Shown one piece after another: positions 50,277 through 57,633 of a stretch of DNA of 64,000 nt; position 1 is the stretch's first letter, and every line of letters begins with the position of its first letter. The notes under the pieces were generated by a model, which saw nothing but the letters and a program-made list of their open reading frames with translations, did not search any database and was not told the origin of the DNA. The translations under genes were made by a program, and so were the position numbers. Origin of the DNA: Sphingobacteriia bacterium (lineage in GTDB: Bacteria; Bacteroidota; Bacteroidia; Chitinophagales; Chitinophagaceae); the NCBI GenBank assembly GCA_037129425.1, contig JBAXUV010000010.1, forward strand, positions 25,810-89,809, read 5' to 3'.

Positions 50277-52769
50277 ATGCTTAAGAAATTTACGCATTAT
50301 CTAGGGCTAACAATACTTATTCTAGTTTCCACCAATTCAATTGGTCAATACCAATACTTAGGCACTTATGATAATGAGGGAAGACCTAATTATTTATTGC
50401 CAACTAGAGATGTGCTTAGTGCATCATTCTTAAGTAAGATTGCCGCTTCTTTACCGGAGAGCAGACCTGTACCTACTTATAACCCTCGATTAATTGCAGA
50501 TGGTAGAACCGAAACCATTGATGTGAAATGTCCATCGGATGTATGGATCACTTTTGTTGATGAAGGTGCTGGCTATAGAAATGGATTAGGATATTATACT
50601 TTCAATACCGACAATCCTCCTACTACACCACCTGCTGCAAATCAAATCAAAATTATTTTCCCCAATGCATCTAAAAGTGGAGCTGGTGGCGGATTAACTG
50701 CAGGTGATAAAGTATTCTTAGGTAATTTTCCTGCAAAAACAGGTATTGGATTTGTATTGATGGCTGATGGTTGGAATGGTTCAATTGTTACTCCAGGAAA
50801 CTGGGTATTATACTCTACTTCAGCTTTTAATCCAGAACCAATTGTTTCCAATAAAAAACATACTGTTTTACTAAGAGATTCTAGTACCAATAGAATTGTT
50901 GTTGGTTTTGAAGATATTAGAAGAGATAACAATAGCTGTGATAATGATTTTAATGATTTGATATTTTATACTACAGTTACACCAATTGAATGCGTCAACA
51001 AAATGGATAGCATTCCCGATTTAACACTTGATGGAAAAATTTCATTCTCAGGAAATACTGGTGGACTAGAAAGTAAAAGCCTGGGAGACAAAATTGCTAA
51101 AAGAATTTATGGAAAATTATTAGAAGGCAGCAACGGTGAAGTGAATTATCAAAATATGCAATTGCTCGAAACATCTTCTAGGATGGTCACTAGCAATGCA
51201 ACTTCTTCTGCTACTGGCTTGAAATTGGCAGACTTAATGCCATCTCGCATATTAGATCCAGGATACACAGCATACATCACTACTCCAACAGATATACCAT
51301 CTATTACAAACGCTAAAGAAGTAAGGTCTGTTGACTTTACAAAAGATGGCATATGTAAAGCAGTGGCTTTTGCAACCAAAACACAGGGTGTAATGTATGA
51401 TCACACTAAGCCAATGTGTGATCGATTAAAAGGAGCAGAATTATTGAACGTAGAGAATTTTTCTTTAAACAGTTTAAATTTTGTCAGATACACATTAAAA
51501 CAGTCTACTGGAAATATTGAATATGCAATGAGTTTTTCAATAGGTAAAAAAACTGGAAGGAATAATTTCTCATTTCAATCTAACTGGTTGAATAAGGATT
51601 ATGTAAGTGAAGACACATTAATTAACTACCAGGTTTGGGCAGCAGCTCCGTATTTATGCATTGATATGGCTTTAGAAATTTTAAGCAAATTGAATGCTAT
51701 AATGCCTGTTCAGCAGTTTGTGGCATCAGCAGAATTACCTAAAACATATATTACCAGTGGAAGTCGTAACGGAACCAATTTAAATTTAACCATCAATAAT
51801 CAAAGCATCTTTAGTAGTGGATATTTTGAAGTTGAAGAGAAAGCCAATGAAAGAGCTACTATAAAAACAAAAAGAACAGTTCCGTTTAATTTAAATGCAT
51901 TCAATAAATCAACTATCAGTTTCCCAATGAGTGATGTTTTTGAGAGCAATGTTTCGATGTATATCAACGGTAAATTACAGGATCAGGTTTATATGAGTGA
52001 TGGCACCTGGGGTATTGATTATGACTCTACTAAAACAGTAGTAAAAGAGTTTAACATAATAAATGATACTGCAAAAGGTTTTGCTGCAGGAGACTATCCT
52101 GTATTCAGAAATGTCAAAATCAATGCAACAACAACTAATTATGTTACCGCTTACAAAGTCTTAAAGGGAGCAGGTGTGGCCGTAGATTTGAGTGAATATA
52201 AAACATTGGTATTAACAGCTAAAGGAGATGCAAGACTAAAAATTACATTGGCCAAAAACTCCATTAACGATTTTGAAAAACAATTTAAATACAGCACCAC
52301 TGTAGGAAAAGAATTCAAAGAGTACAGAATAGATTTGAGTAGTTTCAAATCAACGAATTCAACCACAGGTTTTGTTGCAAACGATATTGTTACTGTTGTA
52401 TTTGCTTTTGAAACTTTTGACGGAAGATCAACTACAATTGATGCTGCCATCAATAATATTGCATTCTCTAAAAAAGCGCCTGAAGAACCTGCTGCTGCCA
52501 TCAATACATCTATCAATGTATTTCCTAATCCAGCAAAAGGTGGAAAATTCACCGCCAAATTCAACAGTGAAGTAAATACTACCGCAACCATTAAAGTAAC
52601 AGATGCAACAAGCGGTAGAGTGTTGTTCACCAAAGATGCCAATGTAGTGAAAGGGGAAAATCAGGTTCCGGTTCAAATGACCAATTTACCAGGAATATCT
52701 ATCAGCATTCTAACCATTGAGGGAAATGGCATCAAGCTTCAGCCACAGAAAATATATGTTCAGCAATAA
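50277..52769 (+). CDS. T9SS cargo protein: DUF4114-like head + conserved ~570-aa module + T9SS CTD
   Basis: 830 aa with a signal peptide. A DUF4114-like block (GAGYRNGLGYYTF ... GFEDIRRDNNSCDNDFNDLIFY) spans about 50514-50982. C-terminal CTD: VFPNPAKGGKFTAKF...ILTIEGNG. Confidence 0.85.
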   Translation: MLKKFTHYLGLTILILVSTNSIGQYQYLGTYDNEGRPNYLLPTRDVLSASFLSKIAASLPESRPVPTYNPRLIADGRTETIDVKCPSDVWITFVDEGAGYRNGLGYYTFNTDNPPTTPPAANQIKIIFPNASKSGAGGGLTAGDKVFLGNFPAKTGIGFVLMADGWNGSIVTPGNWVLYSTSAFNPEPIVSNKKHTVLLRDSSTNRIVVGFEDIRRDNNSCDNDFNDLIFYTTVTPIECVNKMDSIPDLTLDGKISFSGNTGGLESKSLGDKIAKRIYGKLLEGSNGEVNYQNMQLLETSSRMVTSNATSSATGLKLADLMPSRILDPGYTAYITTPTDIPSITNAKEVRSVDFTKDGICKAVAFATKTQGVMYDHTKPMCDRLKGAELLNVENFSLNSLNFVRYTLKQSTGNIEYAMSFSIGKKTGRNNFSFQSNWLNKDYVSEDTLINYQVWAAAPYLCIDMALEILSKLNAIMPVQQFVASAELPKTYITSGSRNGTNLNLTINNQSIFSSGYFEVEEKANERATIKTKRTVPFNLNAFNKSTISFPMSDVFESNVSMYINGKLQDQVYMSDGTWGIDYDSTKTVVKEFNIINDTAKGFAAGDYPVFRNVKINATTTNYVTAYKVLKGAGVAVDLSEYKTLVLTAKGDARLKITLAKNSINDFEKQFKYSTTVGKEFKEYRIDLSSFKSTNSTTGFVANDIVTVVFAFETFDGRSTTIDAAINNIAFSKKAPEEPAAAINTSINVFPNPAKGGKFTAKFNSEVNTTATIKVTDATSGRVLFTKDANVVKGENQVPVQMTNLPGISISILTIEGNGIKLQPQKIYVQQ
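51060..52769 (+). repeat. paralogous protein module, copy 1 (GGLESKSLGD ... T9SS CTD)
   Basis: By eye it aligns over its full length with 60121-61839, roughly half the residues identical. An example block is [16 protein letters not shown]....QSNWLNKDY. Confidence 0.8.
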
Positions 52770-52792
52770 ACTTTTAGGACTTCAATAGAAAT

Positions 52793-52818
52793 AGCCTCCA
52801 GCAATGGGGGCTTTTTTA
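52793..52818 (+). terminator. intrinsic terminator after the 830-aa gene
   Basis: Stem agcctcc (52793-52799) with gggggct (52806-52812, one G-U pair), followed by a T6 run. Confidence 0.55.
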
Positions 52819-53454
52819 TACATTAAATTCAATCATGAATTTTACCAAAGCAGCAGGAGAATTTAATTGTAATTTATGCATGATATTTTTACGATGTGTT
52901 TCAACCGTATAAATACTCAAGTGTAGCTTTTCTGCTATTTGTTGATTGGTATAAGTTTGCTTTAAGTAATAAACAATTTCTAATTCCCTCTTTGTGAGGT
53001 TGAATTTGTGCAAGAAAGTATCTAATTTTTTGAAAGCATCTGGCAGGTTTTCTTCTTTCCCCAAAATAAATACAGACTCACCTGCTGCTACTTTTTTAAT
53101 GGCACCAGATAACTCATCTTTGCTACTATTCTTTAGTATATATCCGTCAGCACCAGCTTTTTTAGCTTGTTCAATTAGTTTTGCATCATTGTAGGCAGAT
53201 AGCATTAGTACCCTAACAGTAACAAAGGATTGTTTGATGTATTTGATGGTGTCTAAGCCATTTAAGTTGGGCATATTCACATCTAATAAAATCAAATCGA
53301 TATCAGGTTGTTGAGTAAGTAAGTAAAGTAACTGCTTACCATCATTAGCAATGCCTGCAATATTAATTGCTGGATCATTTCCCAATATCATCTTTAGACC
53401 TTCCACAAAAAGTGGATGATCGTCCGCAATCATTAAGTTAATTTTCTCGCTCAT
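52816..53454 (-). CDS. NarL/LuxR-family response regulator (REC + HTH)
   Basis: 212 aa. Receiver motifs are ADDHPLF, DLILLDVNMP (phospho-Asp context) and LSAY. C-terminal LuxR HTH: LTKRELEIVYYLKQTYTNQQIAEKLHLSIYTVETHRKNIMHKL. Confidence 0.9.
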   Translation of the reverse strand: MSEKINLMIADDHPLFVEGLKMILGNDPAINIAGIANDGKQLLYLLTQQPDIDLILLDVNMPNLNGLDTIKYIKQSFVTVRVLMLSAYNDAKLIEQAKKAGADGYILKNSSKDELSGAIKKVAAGESVFILGKEENLPDAFKKLDTFLHKFNLTKRELEIVYYLKQTYTNQQIAEKLHLSIYTVETHRKNIMHKLQLNSPAALVKFMIEFNV

Positions 53455-53473
53455 AAATAAAATTCAATATACA

Positions 53474-55261
53474 TCATTTTTTGAAAGGAACAAACATTGG
53501 TCCTGCAAAACAAGGGTAAGACTTAATTTTATAGATCCCGCCCTCATAATAGGTTTCAGCCCAACAATATTTGGAACCAGGAGTATCGTCATTCTTCATT
53601 TGAGGAACATACCAAAGTACCAGATCTGTATTAACAATTTGCTCTGGATTAGGTTCAATGAATTTTTCGGGGCCCTGTCTGTAATCGCTATTGCAACATG
53701 GACCAATCGTTACCAAATCAGTTTCTCCTTCATTTTTATCTAAATGGTTTTTTGTAATGTATAAATATGCATTATCTCCCCTACCACTGTCATTAAACTG
53801 ACCCTTGCCTGGCTCTATATAAAATCCATTGTTGGCACTTGTTTGGAGTTGATACTGAAAACCCTTGGGCGAATAAGCAGTAGTTGGTTGTTGTAGCTGC
53901 CATTTTTCTTTTTCCCAAATATTCCAATCATTATTGCCCCATTCATAAAAGGATTGTTTATTCCCTGCAAATGAAATACGCATCACAGGCCGGTAAATTC
54001 CATTGTTTCCACATCCCCTACCTAAGCTAGCACAAACCATTCTGAACTGTCCATTTTTGTAAAAGAAAAAACGCTGGGAATAACTATAATTGCAGGCAAT
54101 GGGCCATAATTCACTGAAGAATCGCTGCTCGAGCATAAAACCAACTGTACTGTCTCCTTCAATAATATCAGCTATAATAGGCGGATCTGTTGCTACAACA
54201 GCCGATTGACTAAAGATTGGACAACCAACTGCATCACTGTATCCAAACCCATCCGTACCGGAATAACTTACATGCCAATCTACCAATTTAGCACTATTGA
54301 TTATTTTGTTTGAATTGAAACTGACATTACTGATCATGAGTCCATCAGAGGCTGTTAAAACATAATCAACAGACCAGTTATTTTTTTTAACGGTGTTGAT
54401 TTTTTCGCAGTAACAATCAGCCATATTTTCATTCTGTAATTTTCTTTCTGTAACCACTAAGTTTTCTGCATCCTTTCCAACATTGGTCCAACGTAACCCT
54501 ACCAGTCGATTTTCTGTAAGGTCTACAATTGCCCATAGTGCTCTATTGCCTTTTACAAAAGTTGGTGCAACGCATAAATGCTGAGACCTTTCACATTTTG
54601 TTCGGTTCAATGCTGTTTTGGTACTCGACATGATGGGCATATCTGCTGAAGGCTTAAACCCGAGTGCCTTCTCTACTTCAGGAGAATTAACCGCAATTTT
54701 TACAGCCAATTTGGTAAGTCTCGAAGGAATATCTGGTTGCATTTGAGGATAATGATCTACACTGATCATTTTATGCGTAATAATATTGACCACACCAATC
54801 GTTGTTAAATTCAACGCATAATTATACATTTCAATACGCAATAATGAACCTGGTAAATTCACTACTCCTTTTCTGATATCACCAGGTCTTGCAGGATAGA
54901 CTCCAAATATTTCGTTCCATAATGGTTGATGCGTTTTTCTATCAAAAATATATTTGGTAAAAAAACTGTCTTGCAAAGCAATATTTTGAGCCAACATGGT
55001 CCTTTCATCAGTTTTATCGGAATAGTATTTTACGGGAATATCATCATGCAATATGGAGTCGATTTGTTTTTTTCTTTGAACAATAAAACTGGCAGTATCT
55101 GGTTTTTTGGTCGAAAATAAAGATTCCTTGAACTCGCTCAAATATATAGCATCATTGGTTTTGGCGGCTTTTGAGCTGGCTTTTTTTTGTTGTGCATTTA
55201 AGCCAAGTGAGCTCATTAATAACACCAATATGATACAAGAATTTTTTATTTGTACAATCAT
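53474..55261 (-). CDS. exported copper-amine-oxidase-like protein lacking the copper His triad
   Basis: 595 aa with signal peptide ..LLMSSLGLNAQ. By-eye alignment to the CuAO catalytic domain: CNYSYSQRFFFYKNGQFRMVCASLG vs AGAO [25 protein letters not shown]. Also TDLVLWYVPQMKN vs QDIVVWHTFGLTH, and an N3-like ..NRALWAIVDLTENRLVGL. There is no H-x-H anywhere in the protein. Confidence 0.6.
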   Translation of the reverse strand: MIVQIKNSCIILVLLMSSLGLNAQQKKASSKAAKTNDAIYLSEFKESLFSTKKPDTASFIVQRKKQIDSILHDDIPVKYYSDKTDERTMLAQNIALQDSFFTKYIFDRKTHQPLWNEIFGVYPARPGDIRKGVVNLPGSLLRIEMYNYALNLTTIGVVNIITHKMISVDHYPQMQPDIPSRLTKLAVKIAVNSPEVEKALGFKPSADMPIMSSTKTALNRTKCERSQHLCVAPTFVKGNRALWAIVDLTENRLVGLRWTNVGKDAENLVVTERKLQNENMADCYCEKINTVKKNNWSVDYVLTASDGLMISNVSFNSNKIINSAKLVDWHVSYSGTDGFGYSDAVGCPIFSQSAVVATDPPIIADIIEGDSTVGFMLEQRFFSELWPIACNYSYSQRFFFYKNGQFRMVCASLGRGCGNNGIYRPVMRISFAGNKQSFYEWGNNDWNIWEKEKWQLQQPTTAYSPKGFQYQLQTSANNGFYIEPGKGQFNDSGRGDNAYLYITKNHLDKNEGETDLVTIGPCCNSDYRQGPEKFIEPNPEQIVNTDLVLWYVPQMKNDDTPGSKYCWAETYYEGGIYKIKSYPCFAGPMFVPFKK

Positions 55262-55263
55262 TC

Positions 55264-56322
55264 TTATTTATTGAAAGGATTCATGAATTGTTTATTTCTT
55301 AAATAGCTTGTATCGGTTAAAGCAGCCAAAAACTCAATTAATTCTATTTGCTCTTTCTCTGATAAACTAAAACCATTTATTAAAGCAGATTTATTTTTAT
55401 TGCTTCTCCCATCGCCTTTATTTTCTTTGGCTTCAATTAATCTACCTCCTCTTTTATAAATATAAATCATTTGCTGGATTGTTTCAACAGAGCCATCATG
55501 CGCATAAGGTGCTGTAATGAGTACGTTCCTTAATGAGGGCACTCTAAACTTTCCTCTATCGTTGGTGTTTTTGGTAATTTCGTACAAGCCTTGATCTGAG
55601 GCTGGGTAAGACCCAAGATCATCCAAATTGTATAACCCAGTATTTTCGTACAATAATTGTTGTTGAGCAACATTCAAGGAATGACATTTAAAACATCCTA
55701 ACTTTTCCGAATTAAATAGCGCCAGCCCATTGATCGCTTTTTCATTCATCGCTTTTTTATTCCCCTTTAAATATTGATCATAAGGGCTATTCTGAGATTG
55801 TATTTGATTTTCAAAAGCAGCAATTGCTTCCTGGAAAAAAACGGTTGAAAAAGGATTTTTTTCCTTTGGAAATGCCTTATTGAAAAGGGTTTGGTAAAAA
55901 GGATCCGATTTAAAGCGATTAATAATCTCTATTTCATTATTGGTCCAACCCAGTTCTTTTGGGTGTTCATTAAATAGGGGGAAAACCATTTGTTGTGCAA
56001 ACGTATGTATAGAACTATCTCCCCATGTAAGGGCTTTTAAATATTTGGCATTTAAAATGGAAGGGGCATTCCTGCGTAGATTTTCTCCATCAGCTCCAAC
56101 AGATTTTCTATACCCATCTGAAAATGCAAATTGAGGGTCATGACAAGAGGCACATGACTTTGTTTGATTGTAAGACAATTTATTATCAAAAAATAAATGC
56201 CTGCCTAAATTGATTTTGGAATCTGAAGAATTATTAATCGGAGAAGAAAACAATTGATCAATAAAGAAGGAAGAAAAAATAATCAGCACTAAAAAAAATA
56301 ATATGCGCCATTGCTTTTTCAT
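55264..56322 (-). CDS. di-haem cytochrome c peroxidase / MauG family enzyme
   Basis: 352 aa with an N-terminal anchor/signal. CASCH is encoded at 56140-56154 and CFKCH at 55681-55695. FRVPSLRNVLITAPYAHDGS is the family signature. Confidence 0.9.
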   Translation of the reverse strand: MKKQWRILFFLVLIIFSSFFIDQLFSSPINNSSDSKINLGRHLFFDNKLSYNQTKSCASCHDPQFAFSDGYRKSVGADGENLRRNAPSILNAKYLKALTWGDSSIHTFAQQMVFPLFNEHPKELGWTNNEIEIINRFKSDPFYQTLFNKAFPKEKNPFSTVFFQEAIAAFENQIQSQNSPYDQYLKGNKKAMNEKAINGLALFNSEKLGCFKCHSLNVAQQQLLYENTGLYNLDDLGSYPASDQGLYEITKNTNDRGKFRVPSLRNVLITAPYAHDGSVETIQQMIYIYKRGGRLIEAKENKGDGRSNKNKSALINGFSLSEKEQIELIEFLAALTDTSYLRNKQFMNPFNK

Positions 56323-56326
56323 AGCC

Positions 56327-57319
56327 TTATTTGAAGTCGATCAAGTCCCAGTTTTTTGATGCAGTATTCCACTTAAAAGTATATTGTGTTTCTGGTTTTT
56401 CACTTGAAGCTTGTAAGTTATAATTAAATGCAACACCACTAATAATTAAAGCTCCATCTACCATTTTTATTTTTCTAGCTTTATCATCACCTCTAGGCCC
56501 AAACCCTTCGAGGCTAAGCTCTTTACGCAATTTAGACTTTACTAATTGGCCTTGAGCATTGATTGGAATAGAAATAATATTTCCGTTTCTTGCACTTCCT
56601 ATATACAATCGTTTTTGTTTATTTTCATCGAAGGCCACATTAAGACCAATTGCATCTTTTTTTGAAAAAGAATCTATGATTTTTTGGGTGTTTGGATTGA
56701 TCAAAAAAATGATTCCTTTTTCTTGATAACGATCAGAACCAGCTACAGTAGAAGCAATCAAAATATTAGCAGTGCAATCGTATGTGATGCCCAATAAACC
56801 AAAAGGATTTTGAGAAGATGCTTTTGAATTAACTGGGAGATTTAACCATTCACTCAATACACCTGTATACTGATCCAATCGATAGATTGTATTTAATTTA
56901 TCTATTGGATTATACAACATGGAAATTAAAGGAGTTGGAATGGTATACGCATTGCCATTGATATCAAAAGCAATGGAAGAAAGATAGCCGAATGATTTCC
57001 AAGAAGGAGCCTGATACAATGATTTTTTGGGATTGGTTGGAGAAGGTGATTTTTGGCCTTCTAGCTTTTCAAATTCAATTAATGCGATTCCAGTGTACTT
57101 TTTTTCACTGGTACTCAAAGCAGTCCACAATGGATCAAATCCTAAAGTTTTGATGAAGTCTGGTTCTTTTTGGCAGGGCTTAATGGCAGTTTGGGCTACC
57201 AAGTTGTTGGGTATTATGAAAAAACACAAAAAATTAATACTGACACTTGCAAATAAATTAACATATGTTCGAAGTCTTGACAACTTTTTATATGAAATTT
57301 TATTTGAATATATATTCAT
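56327..57319 (-). CDS. hypothetical exported protein, beta-propeller-like repeats
   Basis: The track ORF starts at a TTG (57340); an ATG lies at 57319. It has a hydrophobic anchor (LFASVSINFLCFFIIPNNLVAQ). Repeated short beta-strand blocks (e.g. ANILIASTVAG, KGIIFLINP, RLYIGSARNGNIISIP, GALIISGVAF) suggest a propeller or NHL-like fold. Confidence 0.6.
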   Translation of the reverse strand: MNIYSNKISYKKLSRLRTYVNLFASVSINFLCFFIIPNNLVAQTAIKPCQKEPDFIKTLGFDPLWTALSTSEKKYTGIALIEFEKLEGQKSPSPTNPKKSLYQAPSWKSFGYLSSIAFDINGNAYTIPTPLISMLYNPIDKLNTIYRLDQYTGVLSEWLNLPVNSKASSQNPFGLLGITYDCTANILIASTVAGSDRYQEKGIIFLINPNTQKIIDSFSKKDAIGLNVAFDENKQKRLYIGSARNGNIISIPINAQGQLVKSKLRKELSLEGFGPRGDDKARKIKMVDGALIISGVAFNYNLQASSEKPETQYTFKWNTASKNWDLIDFK

Positions 57320-57564
57320 TTGCTTTATAATGTGAAACAAGTAAATTTAAAATAAATATTGAAACCCATAGGTAAAAATACTTGAATTTAGCTAAAAGGC
57401 TCCAATTAAACATACAATTTAGTTTGTATATGTATAGCTCTGAAAGGATTCTACAATATGGAATTCCAGATTCTATCAAATGGAAAACAGTAAATTTTAC
57501 AATAAAAATGTGTAATTTTACGTCGGATGTAGAAGATAAACTACAAGAAATGTTTTTTTGTTTA

Positions 57565-57576
57565 CACAATATTGTG
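57565..57576. promoter_or_regulatory. perfect 12-bp palindrome CACAATATTGTG in the divergent control region
   Basis: It lies 58-69 nt upstream of the ATG at 57634 and about 245 nt upstream of the operon start. Confidence 0.3.
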
Positions 57577-57633
57577 GAAAAAAAACGTTCCCGTGAGTTT
57601 TTACGCACATGGTTTTATTTTAAATGTACTGTT

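Noticed and set aside
57382-57633. 84-aa N-terminal extension of the 1401-aa cargo protein given by the track
   Set aside because: The extension starts at a non-ATG codon, has no signal peptide and lies in AT-rich intergenic sequence with palindromes. The internal ATG at 57634 gives a textbook signal peptide.
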